DNA from: an uncultured Candidatus Rokubacteria bacterium
GTDB lineage: Bacteria > Methylomirabilota > Methylomirabilia > Rokubacteriales > CSP1-6
Assembly: GCA_963789955.1 (NCBI GenBank)
Contig: CAWBMV010000034.1
Location: 1 to 64,000 of the forward strand
DNA: 64,000 bases
Direction of reading: 5' to 3'
Of the stretch, positions 33,527 to 43,190 are shown piece after piece; the first letter of the stretch is position 1; each line of letters begins with the position of its first letter. Below the pieces are notes generated by a model that was not told the DNA's origin, did no database searches, and was given only the letters and a program-made list of their open reading frames with translations. The translations under genes and the position numbers were made by a program.

Positions 33527-34858
33527 GTGCCCGACGCGCTGCTCCAAAAGCTCCGCACGACCGTCGGCGCCGCCAACGTCCTGACCGGCGTCGAGCTCTC
33601 GCCGTATGTCGTCGAGGGCCGCACGCCCGAGGTGGCGGTCTTTCCCGGCTCGGTCGAGGAGGTCGCCGCCGTGATGGCACTGGCCTCGGAGGTCGGCACG
33701 CCCGTCACGCCGTGGGGTGGCGGGACCGCCGCCAGCGTCGGTATGCCGGCCGGTCGCACCGGGCTCGTCCTCGGGCTGCGCCGGCTCGGCCGGCTTCTCG
33801 ATCATGAGCCCGGCGACCTGACCGCGACGGTCGAGGCGGGCATGACGGTCCGGGCGTTTCAGACGGCGCTGGGGAGCCGCGGCCAGTGGCTGTCGCTCGA
33901 TCCCGCCGACGCCGAACGCGCGACGGTCGGCGGCGTGCTCGCGACGAACGCGTGCGGGCCGCGGCGCCACCTCTACGGCACGGCGCGGGACGTCCTGATC
34001 GGCGTGACCGTCGTGACGGCCGATGGCTCCATCGTGAAGGGCGGCGGCAAGGTCGTGAAGAACGTCGCCGGCTACGATCTGCCGAAGCTCTTCATCGGCT
34101 CGTACGGCACCCTGGGCGTGATCGTCGAGGCGACCGTCAAGCTTCGACCGTTGCCCGAGCAGGAAGAGCTCGTGTCGGTCCGCTTCGATCGTCTCAAGGA
34201 CGCGGGCTCGGCGGTGAAAGCCGTCGCGGCCAGCGACCTGATCCCGAACGCGGTCGAGCTCCTCGACAGCGCCGGCGCGAGCGGCGCCGGACTCGCGGCA
34301 GGCTCTCCGACGCCGGGTGGTGTATTGGTCGTCGGATTCGACGGGGTCCGCGAGCAGGTCGACTGGCAGCGCGCCGAGCTCGCGCGCCTGACCGGACCGC
34401 TCGGAGGGCGCGACCCGAGGCTCCTCGACGCGGCCGCATGGACCCGGCTGCCGACGGCCGCGCGCGCGGCATTCTCGACGACGGCGGCCGTGATGGCCCT
34501 CGCGGTGTTGCCGAGCCAGGTCGCGGAGATCATGGAGCAGGGCGCGGGCATCGCCCGCGGACGCGGGCTCCAGAGCGCGTGGGCCGCCCACGCGGGGGTC
34601 GGCGTCGTGCGCGGCGCGCTCGCGTCGGAGCCGGCGCCGAAGGACCCCGCGGCGCTCGCCGTCGTCCTCGCCGAGTGGCGCGAGATGGCTCGCGCCGGCG
34701 GCGGTTACGCGAATCTCGAATGGGCGCCGCTCGCGATCAAATCGCAGATCCCGGTGTGGGACGATCCGGGCGCCGCCGGCCGGATCATGGAGCGCATCAA
34801 AGCGCAGCTCGATCCGCGGAACATCCTGAACCCCGGCCGCTTCGTCGCCGGGATCTGA
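33527..34858 (+). CDS. glcE: Glycolate oxidase FAD-binding subunit GlcE
   Basis: DLTATVEAG, ATVGG, GGKVVKNVAGYDLPKLFIGSYGTLG, DPRNILNPGR. Confidence 0.88.
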   Translation: MPDALLQKLRTTVGAANVLTGVELSPYVVEGRTPEVAVFPGSVEEVAAVMALASEVGTPVTPWGGGTAASVGMPAGRTGLVLGLRRLGRLLDHEPGDLTATVEAGMTVRAFQTALGSRGQWLSLDPADAERATVGGVLATNACGPRRHLYGTARDVLIGVTVVTADGSIVKGGGKVVKNVAGYDLPKLFIGSYGTLGVIVEATVKLRPLPEQEELVSVRFDRLKDAGSAVKAVAASDLIPNAVELLDSAGASGAGLAAGSPTPGGVLVVGFDGVREQVDWQRAELARLTGPLGGRDPRLLDAAAWTRLPTAARAAFSTTAAVMALAVLPSQVAEIMEQGAGIARGRGLQSAWAAHAGVGVVRGALASEPAPKDPAALAVVLAEWREMARAGGGYANLEWAPLAIKSQIPVWDDPGAAGRIMERIKAQLDPRNILNPGRFVAGI

Positions 34859-34892
34859 GCGCATGATCGCTTCGGAGGTCGACGGCTAGCGC

Positions 34893-36227
34893 ATGGACAC
34901 GACGACTCACACATCACCACCAGCCCCCACCGGGCCGCTCACCCTGCATGGGCTGTCGGTGGACGGCGTCAACCAGTGCGTGCATTGCGGGCTCTGTCTC
35001 GCGTACTGTCCGACGTTCTCGGAGCTCGGGACCGAGATGGACTCGCCGCGCGGACGGATCTTCATCATCAAGTCGCTCGCCGAAGGCCGGATGAGCCTGA
35101 GCGACTCGACGGTGCGCCATCTGTCGCTGTGCCTCGACTGCCGCGCCTGCGAGACCGTGTGTCCCGCCGGCGTGCCGTACGGGCGCCTGATCGAAGCGGC
35201 CAAGGCCGAGATCGAGCGCGACCGGCCGGGTGCGCTCGGGCGCCGGCTCTTTCGCTGGCTCAACTTCGGGCTCTTGCTCGGACATCCGCGCCTGCTCGGC
35301 CTCGCCGCCTCCGGCGCGCGCTTCTATCAGGCGAGCGGGCTGCAGCGTTTGGTCCGTAAGTCGGGCCTCGTGCGGCTCCTGCCCGGGACCCTGCCGGCGT
35401 GGGAGGCGCTCCTGCCGCCGGTGCCGGCGAGGAGTGAACGGACGGCGCCGCCGGCCGTGACGCGCGCCGAGGGAACCCGCCGCGCGCGCGTCGCGCTGCT
35501 GACCGGATGCGTCCAGTCCGTCATCTTCGCGGCGCACAACCGCGCGACCGCGCGCGTGCTCGCGAAGAACGGCTGCGAGGTGGTGGTGCCCGCCGGACAG
35601 GGCTGCTGCGGGGCGCTGAATGCGCACGGCGGCGATCACGAGCGTGCCCTGACGATGGCGCGCCAGACGATCGATGCGTTCGAGGCCGCGCGTGCCGACG
35701 CGGTCGTCGTGAACACGTCGGGCTGCGGCGCCCACATGAAGGCGTACGGCCACCTGCTCGCCGACGATCGCGCGTACGCCGAGCGCGCCAGGCGATTCGC
35801 CGCCTCCGTCCGCGATCTCGCCGAGTTTCTCGCGCAGGAGCCGCTGCGCGGCCCGCTCTCGCCGGTTCCGCTGACGTGCACGTATCACGATCCGTGTCAC
35901 GTGGTGCACGGCCAGAAGATCAAGAGCGAGCCCCGCAAGCTCCTGGCGCAGATTCCAGGGCTGCGGGTCGTGGAGCTCACCGAGTCGGACTGGTGCTGCG
36001 GCTCCGCGGGCATCTACAACCTCACCGAGCCCGAGATGGCCACGCGTCTGCTGCATCGAAAGGTCAGCCACGTGCTCGCGACGGGCGCCGAGGCGGTCGT
36101 GACGGCGAATCCGGGCTGCATTCTGCAGATCCAGGCCGGGCTCGGCGCGCACGACACGAGCGTTCGGGTCATGCATCTCGTCGAGATTCTCGATCGCGCC
36201 TACGGGGGTCCCGGAGGCGAGCGATGA
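34893..36227 (+). CDS. glcF: Glycolate oxidase iron-sulfur subunit GlcF
   Basis: CVHCGLCLAYCP, DSPRGRI, CLDCRACETVCP, two CCG domains. Confidence 0.9.
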   Translation: MDTTTHTSPPAPTGPLTLHGLSVDGVNQCVHCGLCLAYCPTFSELGTEMDSPRGRIFIIKSLAEGRMSLSDSTVRHLSLCLDCRACETVCPAGVPYGRLIEAAKAEIERDRPGALGRRLFRWLNFGLLLGHPRLLGLAASGARFYQASGLQRLVRKSGLVRLLPGTLPAWEALLPPVPARSERTAPPAVTRAEGTRRARVALLTGCVQSVIFAAHNRATARVLAKNGCEVVVPAGQGCCGALNAHGGDHERALTMARQTIDAFEAARADAVVVNTSGCGAHMKAYGHLLADDRAYAERARRFAASVRDLAEFLAQEPLRGPLSPVPLTCTYHDPCHVVHGQKIKSEPRKLLAQIPGLRVVELTESDWCCGSAGIYNLTEPEMATRLLHRKVSHVLATGAEAVVTANPGCILQIQAGLGAHDTSVRVMHLVEILDRAYGGPGGER

Positions 36228-36745
36228 GCCGGCCCGACAGTACGCCCGCTCGAGCACCAGCGCCACCGCACCGCGCTCGATCGGCTGCTGGGTGCTGACC
36301 GTCTCCGACACGAAGACGCCGGAGACGGATACGAGCGGCCAGCTCATCCGAAAGCTCCTGGCGGACGCCGGCCATCGCGTGGTCGGCTCGATCCATCGTT
36401 CGCGACGAGCCGAAGGATGTTCAGCGGGTGATCCGCGAGGCGTGCGCGAACGACGAGGTGCGCGCCGTGCTCGTGACCGGCGGCACGGGAGTCACGTCGC
36501 GCGATTCGACGTACGAAGCGATCGAGGCCTTGCTCGACAAGCGGCTTCCCGGATTCGGCGAGCTGTTCCGGATGCTCTCGTACCAGGAGATCGGGGCCGC
36601 CGCGATGATGTCGCGCGCCCAGCTCGGCGTGCACGCCGGTCGCATCGTCGTCTCGATGCCCGGCTCGCCGAACGCGTGCCGACTCGCGCTCGAGAAGCTC
36701 GTCATTCCGGAGCTTTCCCACCTGATCCGCGAGGTCAGCCGCTAG
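36224..36745 (+). CDS. moaB: MogA/MoaB molybdopterin adenylyltransferase family; frameshifted
   Basis: LTVSD..DTSG, TGGTGVTSRD, LPGFGELFR, MSRA..G, SMPGSP. Confidence 0.85.
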
Positions 36746-36805
36746 TCGGTTGCCCGCCCGGTCCGCCGCCCTCGCGGCGGCGTATACTGCTCGGGGAGGA
36801 TTTCG

Positions 36806-37975
36806 ATGTCCGCGTCGCCCGTCCGCGCGCTGGTCGTCCTGCTGGCTCTCGTCATCCTGGCAAGTGGATGCGCCGGTCCGTCGACCGCGGCCGGGCCCAA
36901 GCCCTGGCGAGAGAGCCCGGACACCGCCGCCGCGCCGGAGCTCGGCCGGGTCAACGACCTGCTCGCGGATCTCGCGGAGCGCCTGAGGCCCGGGCTCGTC
37001 TACGTCCGCGTCCAGCGCGCGACGACGGCGCCGAAGGACGAGCCGCCGATCCGTGAAGAGCCGGGCGAGCCGCGCCGGGCCACCGGGTCCGGGTTCATCA
37101 TCGACCCGAGCGGGCTGATCGTCACCAACGCCCACGTGATCGAAAGCGCGGGACAGATTCAGGTGCGTCTGGAAGACGGGCGGCGATTCCCGGCGACCGT
37201 CGTCGGTCGCGACAACCGCGTCGATCTGGCCCTGCTCAAGATCGACGGCGCCACCAAGCTGACGGTGCTCCCGCTCGGCGACTCGAACCGCCTGCGCGTC
37301 GGCGAGCTCGTGCTGGCGCTCGGCAACCCATTCGGGCTCGAGCAGAGCGTGTCGATGGGGATCGTGAGCCGCAAGGGCGCTCCGCTGACGGTGGCGGCAC
37401 CGGGGTTCGACTTCATCCAGACCGACGCGGCGATCAATCCAGGCAACTCGGGCGGGCCGCTCGTGAACATGTCGGGCCAAGTCATCGGCGTCAACAGCAT
37501 GGTGGCGCGGAACATGTCGATCGGCTTCGCGATTCCCTCGAACCTCGTCAAGCTGCTCCTGCCGCAGCTCGCCTCGAAGGGCCGCGTCGACTGGGGCTGG
37601 CTCGGTGTCGCCATCGCCGAGGTGACGGAAGACGACATCGGCCGACTCAAGCTGCGCGAGCCCCGCGGCGTGCTGGTCCGCAGCGTGATGCCGGGCGAGC
37701 CGGCGGACAAGGGCGGCGTGCGCGCCGACGACGTGATAGTCGGAATCGACGGAACGCGCCTGGAGAGCCCGCGCGACCTGCAGCGGGTGGTCTCGTCCAC
37801 GCCGGTCGGCAAGAAGGTCCGAGTCGTCCTGTTGCGCGAAGGTCAGGAGACCGAGCTCGAGGTCACGATCGGCCTGTACCAGGAGCGCGAGGCCGTCCCG
37901 GTCGATGCGCCGCGGCGCGGGCCGCGCCCGACCGAACCCCCCAAGGACACACCGCCGAAAGAAGATCCGAAGTAG
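36806..37975 (+). CDS. HtrA/DegP-like serine protease with PDZ domain (lipoprotein)
   Basis: TGSGFII, VTNAHV, DLALLKI, IQTDAAINPGNSGGPL; ASGC lipobox. Confidence 0.92.
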   Translation: MSASPVRALVVLLALVILASGCAGPSTAAGPKPWRESPDTAAAPELGRVNDLLADLAERLRPGLVYVRVQRATTAPKDEPPIREEPGEPRRATGSGFIIDPSGLIVTNAHVIESAGQIQVRLEDGRRFPATVVGRDNRVDLALLKIDGATKLTVLPLGDSNRLRVGELVLALGNPFGLEQSVSMGIVSRKGAPLTVAAPGFDFIQTDAAINPGNSGGPLVNMSGQVIGVNSMVARNMSIGFAIPSNLVKLLLPQLASKGRVDWGWLGVAIAEVTEDDIGRLKLREPRGVLVRSVMPGEPADKGGVRADDVIVGIDGTRLESPRDLQRVVSSTPVGKKVRVVLLREGQETELEVTIGLYQEREAVPVDAPRRGPRPTEPPKDTPPKEDPK

Positions 37976-38476
37976 TCAGGCGCGCGCGCGCGGCTCTGCG
38001 AGCGCGGCCAGGGTGGCGCGCGCCCAGGGCTCGTCGAGCGTCGGCGCCGGCGCGTAGCGCAGACCGCTCGTGATCCGCATGCCGCCTTCCCAATCCGCCG
38101 CGGCGTCCTCGAGCACCTCGTCGACCTCCAGCAGGAAATAGCCCAGCCCGTACTCGCCCGCGTCGGCGACCGGCAAGGGCCCGTCGACCGCGCGCAGCTT
38201 CACGTACACGGTCACGTCCGGCTCGATCACCAGCAAGGTTGCCGCGCCGCGCTCGGCCAGATTGCTCGCGCTGCGCGTGCGCGCGCCGATCACGAGGCCG
38301 ACCGTTCTCGTGTCGTAGGCGCGGATCTCGAGATACGAGAGCAGCATGGGGTGCGGCCGCCCGTCCGCATCGATCGTGACGAACGGCAGCGCGGCCCCGA
38401 GCCGGCGGGCGAGATCTCGCTGAGCGAAGCGTTCGACGAGGGGCTGCGAAAGGGATCGTCCGAGCGATCGAGTCAT
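37976..38476 (-). CDS. Pyridoxamine 5'-phosphate oxidase-like FMN-binding protein
   Basis: FVTIDADGRPH..LLS, TRSASNL, split-barrel pattern. Confidence 0.6.
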   Translation of the reverse strand: MTRSLGRSLSQPLVERFAQRDLARRLGAALPFVTIDADGRPHPMLLSYLEIRAYDTRTVGLVIGARTRSASNLAERGAATLLVIEPDVTVYVKLRAVDGPLPVADAGEYGLGYFLLEVDEVLEDAAADWEGGMRITSGLRYAPAPTLDEPWARATLAALAEPRARA

Positions 38477-38623
38477 GGCTCGTAGTTTCTGGAAGTGTCA
38501 TGGCACTGACAAGGGCTTGTCAATCTGCGCCGGCGCGCGCGGTCAAGTTCGCAATTCGATGTGAATCCTCAACGTGGTGTTCGCCTTGCACCCAAGCGAG
38601 TGGTGAAGGGGAAAAACGACCTG

Positions 38624-39187
38624 ATGGGTTCCGCGAATCTCCGGCTCCTGCTGCTCGCCAGTGCCCTCCTCGCGACGGCGGCCTGCTCCACGGGCGGTGA
38701 AGCCCCCGGCCTGTCGCCGCGGTCGGCCGGGTACGTTCCGGCCGAGCGCCACCGGACGGCGATGACGACGCGGGTCGCCCTGTCGCTGCCGCTGGAATCC
38801 AGCGAGCCCGCGGTCGACAAGGACGGGCTGTTGCCCGACGAGCCCGCGGTGCCCGACATTGCCGGACGCTGGACCGGAATGTGGAGCGGGGTGGGCGTGA
38901 TGAACCGGCGCGTGAGCGTGGCGCGAGCCGAGTTCACGCAGGCGGGTCGATGGGGCTGGGGCACGATCGTGCTCTCCGACACCCTCGCGGCCGACGTGCC
39001 GGCGGTCGTGACCTATCGCGGAGCGCTGGGCGTGCCGGTCGTGTTCGACGTGTTTCAGACGCGCATCATCATGAAGCACGAATCGGGAGGCAACCACCTC
39101 TCGGCGGTGTTCCGGGTCGACGGCGATCGCATGCTCGGCGCGCTGCGCGGCCACGACACGCTCATCGTGCTCTCTCGCGAACGATGA
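38624..39187 (+). CDS. Hypothetical lipoprotein
   Basis: [14 protein letters not shown] lipobox; [12 protein letters not shown] beta domain. Confidence 0.6.
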   Translation: MGSANLRLLLLASALLATAACSTGGEAPGLSPRSAGYVPAERHRTAMTTRVALSLPLESSEPAVDKDGLLPDEPAVPDIAGRWTGMWSGVGVMNRRVSVARAEFTQAGRWGWGTIVLSDTLAADVPAVVTYRGALGVPVVFDVFQTRIIMKHESGGNHLSAVFRVDGDRMLGALRGHDTLIVLSRER

Positions 39188-39378
39188 GCCGCCGACTCGG
39201 TCTTCGACTCGTTCCCGATCGCGTCGTCGACGAGCGCGACGACCCGCCGAGCGACGCGGAAGAGCTCAGCCTCGAACAGCTGGACCAGATCGCACGCCGG
39301 GCGCCACGCGACGAGCCGGAGATCCGCGATCAGCCGCCCGCTTTGGGAGCGACCCCCGCCGCCACGCCCTCGCGGTGA
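39184..39378 (+). CDS. Small hypothetical acidic protein
   Basis: ATGA-coupled to the upstream gene; 64 aa; overlaps the moeB 3' end. Confidence 0.35.
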   Translation: MSRRLGLRLVPDRVVDERDDPPSDAEELSLEQLDQIARRAPRDEPEIRDQPPALGATPAATPSR

Positions 39379-40559
39379 CCGTCGGTCGTCGACACTTCGC
39401 AGGCGGCGCCCGCGCCGTTTCGGTGGACCGCAAGATCGGTGATCGTGGGCGAGGTCCCGCAGAGCGGGCACTTCGGATCGCGGCGCAGCCTGACCTCGCG
39501 GAAGCGCATCCCGAGCGCGTCGTAGGTGAGGAGCCGGCCGATCAGCGGCTCGCCGATGCCGAGCAGGAGCTTCACGGCCTCCGTCGCCTGAATCGTTCCA
39601 ACCACTCCTGGGAGCACGCCCAGGACGCCAGCCTCGCTTCAGGAGGGGACGAGACCCGGCGGCGGCGGCGTCGGATAGAGGCACCGATAGCAGGGCCCCT
39701 GATTCGGCGCGAACACCGTCGCCATGCCCTCGAACTGGAAGATCGACCCGTGGACGTTGGTCTTGCCGGCCAGGTAGCAGGCGTCGTTCACCAGATAGCG
39801 CGTCTCGAAGTTGTCCGAGCCGTCGACGATCAGGTCGTAGTCCTTGATGATGTCCATCACGTTGTCGACGGTGATGCGCGTCGGCAGCGCGACGATGTTG
39901 ACGTCCGGGTTGAGGGCCTTCAGGGTGCGCGTCGCGGACTCGACCTTCGGCTTGCCGACGTCGGCGGTCGTGTGAAGGATCTGGCGCTGAAGATTCGTGA
40001 TGTCGACGGTGTCGCCGTCCATCAGCCCGAGCGTCCCCACGCCGGCCGCCGCCAGATAGAAGGCCGTCGGCGAGCCCAGACCGCCGGCGCCGATCAGGAG
40101 GACCTTGGAGCGCAGGAGCTTGCGCTGCCCCTTGTCTCCGACCTGAGGCAGGAGGAAGTGACGGCTGTAGCGCTGGATCTGGTCCTGAGTCATCGGGACG
40201 TCGCGGACGGTCGGCATGCCCGACTGCACCCACTTCTGGTACCCGCCCTGAAGGTTGATGACCGTCGAGTAGCCCAAATCTTTCAGAGCCTTCGCGGCGA
40301 GCATGGACCGAAGCCCGGTCTGGCAGTAGAGCACGACCGGGGTCGAGGGGTCGCTCACGGCGGTCCCGACCCGGAACTCGAGGAATCCGCGGCTGATGTT
40401 GGTCGCCGCCTCGAGATGGCCGTCGCGGAACTCGTCGGGATCCCGTACGTCAATGACCACGATCTTTTCGCCCGCGGCGAGACGGCGGGCGACCTCGGCC
40501 GGCCCCTCCTCGGGAACGACCTGCCGCGCTTCACCGAGCATGTCCTTCAGGGTCTTCAT
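39330..40559 (-). CDS. moeB: Rhodanese-MoeB/ThiF adenylyltransferase with in-frame TGA at codon 307 (candidate selenocysteine)
   Basis: Rhodanese [14 protein letters not shown], then [53 protein letters not shown] in a single frame. Confidence 0.9.
39606..39625 (-). promoter_or_regulatory. Candidate bacterial SECIS hairpin
   Basis: UCCUGGG-CGUGCU-CCCAGGA, starting 13 nt after the in-frame UGA at 39639-39641. Confidence 0.6.
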
Positions 40560-40664
40560 GGTGTCGATTTTACCATTACCGTCATTCCCGGTCGGTTCGA
40601 GGGTGATCCGCAATCCAGGACCCTTCGCTCCGGCCGAACGCGGCTGCTATACTCACAGAATTCC

Positions 40665-41549
40665 ATGACGAATTCCATCAAGGGAATCATCCTCGCAGGT
40701 GGATCGGGAACGCGACTTTACCCGCTGACCCACGCCGTGAGCAAGCAGCTGGTCCCGATCTACAACAAGCCGATGATCTACTACCCCCTCTCCACCTTGA
40801 TGCTCGCGGGCATCTCGAAGGTTCTCGTGATCACGACCCCGCAAGATCAGGACGCCTTCCGGAGGCTGCTCGGCGACGGAAGGCACCTGGGGCTCAGCAT
40901 CGAGTACGCCGCGCAGCCCAAGCCCGAGGGCCTGGCCCAGGCGTTCATCATCGGCCGGCGCTTCGTGGGGAATGACCGAGTGGCCCTGGCCCTGGGCGAC
41001 AACGTCTTCTACGGCCACGGCTTGCCGGAGTATCTCAAGCACGCCGCCGACCGCCCGGCCGGCGCGACGGTGTTCGCCTACTGGGTCCGCGATCCCGAGC
41101 GCTACGGGGTCGTCGAGTTCGGCGCCGACGGCCGCGCGGTCGGGCTCGAGGAAAAGCCGGTCAAGCCGCGTTCCTCGTACGCCGTCACCGGGCTCTACTT
41201 CTACGACAACCAGGTGCTCGACATCGCGGCGGGTCTCAAGCCGTCGGCGCGCGGCGAGCTCGAGATCACCGACGTGAACGCCGCCTATCTGCGGCGCGGG
41301 CAGCTCCAGGTCGAGAAGCTCGGCCGCGGGATCGCGTGGCTCGACACCGGGACCCATGAGGCACTCCTGGACGCGTCGACCTTCATCCGCACGATCGAGG
41401 AGCGGCAGGGGCTGATGGTCGCGTGCGTGGAGGAGATCGCGTTCCGCATGGGCTACATCACGAGCGACGACGTGCTCCGCATCGGGCGTTCGATGAAGGA
41501 CAACTCGTACGGGCAGTATCTGTTGCGCCTGTTCGAGTCCGAGCCGTAA
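40665..41549 (+). CDS. rfbA: Glucose-1-phosphate thymidylyltransferase
   Basis: [45 protein letters not shown]. Confidence 0.97.
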   Translation: MTNSIKGIILAGGSGTRLYPLTHAVSKQLVPIYNKPMIYYPLSTLMLAGISKVLVITTPQDQDAFRRLLGDGRHLGLSIEYAAQPKPEGLAQAFIIGRRFVGNDRVALALGDNVFYGHGLPEYLKHAADRPAGATVFAYWVRDPERYGVVEFGADGRAVGLEEKPVKPRSSYAVTGLYFYDNQVLDIAAGLKPSARGELEITDVNAAYLRRGQLQVEKLGRGIAWLDTGTHEALLDASTFIRTIEERQGLMVACVEEIAFRMGYITSDDVLRIGRSMKDNSYGQYLLRLFESEP

Positions 41550-41562
41550 GATCGGGACCTCG

Positions 41563-42099
41563 ATGGATCTCACGCCCGCCGCCAAGCGCGCCTACCAGGT
41601 CCAGTCGTACGGCCCCGCTCCGACGATCGAAGGCGTCCAGATCGTCGAGCTCAAGCGCTTCTCGGACGACGGTGGGAGCATGACCGAGCTGGCGCGTCTG
41701 ACCGACGGACATCCCCAGGCGTTCGACGGCTTCTCCGTTCGCCAGATCAACTACAGCGAGGTCGAGCCCGGCGCGATCAAGGCGTTTCATCTCCACCAGC
41801 GCCAGACGGATATCTGGTACGTGCCCCCGTCCGACCGGATGCTCGTCGTGCTGGTCGACGTGCGGGTGGGCTCGAAGACCGAGGGGACGCGCATGCGTCT
41901 CACCCTGGGCGCGGGGGGCTCTCGCATGGTGCGCATCCCGCCCGGCGTCGCGCACGGCGTGTGCAATCTCTCGTCCGCGCCGGGCCGCATCATCTACTTC
42001 ACCGACGTCCATTTCTCGCCCGAGCCCGCGATGTGCGACGAGGGCCGGTTGCCGTGGGACTATGCCGGCGCAGAGATCTGGGACGTGACGCGAGGGTAG
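41563..42099 (+). CDS. rfbC: dTDP-4-dehydrorhamnose 3,5-epimerase family cupin
   Basis: IKAFHLHQRQTD, LVDVRVGSKT, IPPGVAHG; lies between rfbA and rfbB. Confidence 0.8.
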   Translation: MDLTPAAKRAYQVQSYGPAPTIEGVQIVELKRFSDDGGSMTELARLTDGHPQAFDGFSVRQINYSEVEPGAIKAFHLHQRQTDIWYVPPSDRMLVVLVDVRVGSKTEGTRMRLTLGAGGSRMVRIPPGVAHGVCNLSSAPGRIIYFTDVHFSPEPAMCDEGRLPWDYAGAEIWDVTRG

Positions 42100-42103
42100 G
42101 GCG

Positions 42104-43102
42104 GTGAAGCTGCTGGTCACCGGCGGAAGCGGCTTCATCGGCTCCAACTTCATCCGGCACGTCCTCACGACGCACCCGGACGACCGCGTCGTCAATCTCG
42201 ACAAGCTGACCTACGCGGGGAATCCCGCCAACCTGGCCGATCTCGAGCACGACCCGCGCTACGCGTTTCTCCAGGGCGACGTCTGTGACGGCAAGATCGT
42301 GCGCGACGCCTGCCGCGGGGTCGACGCCGTCGTCAATTTCGCCGCGGAGTCCCACGTCGACCGCTCGCTGATGGAGCCCGACGCGTTCCTCAAGACCGAC
42401 GTGTTCGGCGTCTTCACCCTGCTCGAGGCGGTGCGCGAGCTCAAGATTCCGCGCTTCCTGCACGTCAGCACCGACGAGGTGTACGGCTCGGTCGAGCGCG
42501 GCTCCTCGCGCGAGAGCGATCCGGTGCGGCCGTCCAATCCGTACTCGGCCTCCAAGGCGGGCGGCGACCTGCTCGCGCTGGCCTACTGGCACACCCATCG
42601 CGTGCCCGTCGTGATCACGCGGTCGTCCAACAACTTCGGGCCCAACCAGTACCCGGAGAAGGTCATCCCGCTGTTCGTGACGAACGCGCTCGACGACCAG
42701 GCGCTGCCGCTCTACGGCGACGGACGGAACGTGCGCGACTGGCTCTACGTCCTGGACAATTGCGCGGGCATCGACCTGGTGCTGCGCCGCGGCGCCGACG
42801 GCGAGGTCTACAACATCGGTGGCGGCCACGAGGTCGAGAACATCGTCCTCACGCGCCAGATCTTGCAGCTCACCGGCAAGCCCGAGACCTTGATCCAGCC
42901 CGTGAAGGATCGCCCGGGTCATGACCGGCGCTACTCGGTCGACTCGAAAAAAGTCCACCAGCTCGGCTGGACGCCGCGGCACCGGTTCGGCGACGCCCTG
43001 CGGGCGACCGTCGAGTGGTATCGTGAGCACGAATCCTGGTGGCGCCCGCTCAAGTCCGGCGAGTTTCGCGCGTACTACGAGCGACAGTACGGCCGCCGCT
43101 GA
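42104..43102 (+). CDS. rfbB: dTDP-glucose 4,6-dehydratase
   Basis: TGGSGFIG, DKLTYAGN, FAAESHVDRS, VSTDEVYG, YSASK, DRPGHDRRY. Confidence 0.97.
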   Translation: MKLLVTGGSGFIGSNFIRHVLTTHPDDRVVNLDKLTYAGNPANLADLEHDPRYAFLQGDVCDGKIVRDACRGVDAVVNFAAESHVDRSLMEPDAFLKTDVFGVFTLLEAVRELKIPRFLHVSTDEVYGSVERGSSRESDPVRPSNPYSASKAGGDLLALAYWHTHRVPVVITRSSNNFGPNQYPEKVIPLFVTNALDDQALPLYGDGRNVRDWLYVLDNCAGIDLVLRRGADGEVYNIGGGHEVENIVLTRQILQLTGKPETLIQPVKDRPGHDRRYSVDSKKVHQLGWTPRHRFGDALRATVEWYREHESWWRPLKSGEFRAYYERQYGRR

Positions 43103-43109
43103 TTGTGGT

Positions 43110-43159
43110 GTGCGCGCTGCAGGCCGTCGCGGGGCTGGGGCCCCGCCGGCCGAGGCGAG
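43110..43159. repeat. Single copy of the 62-bp REP-like core
   Basis: gtgcgcgctgcaggccgtcgcggggctggggccccgccggccgaggcg immediately after the rfbB stop. Confidence 0.85.
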
Positions 43160-43190
43160 CCGGTAGATTGGTAATTACTGGAGACGTTTC

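Noticed and set aside
39375..40664. Long N-terminal extension on rfbA (724-aa ORF)
   Set aside because: It is the antisense shadow of moeB; RfbA similarity starts at ATG 40665 just after a TATACT box.
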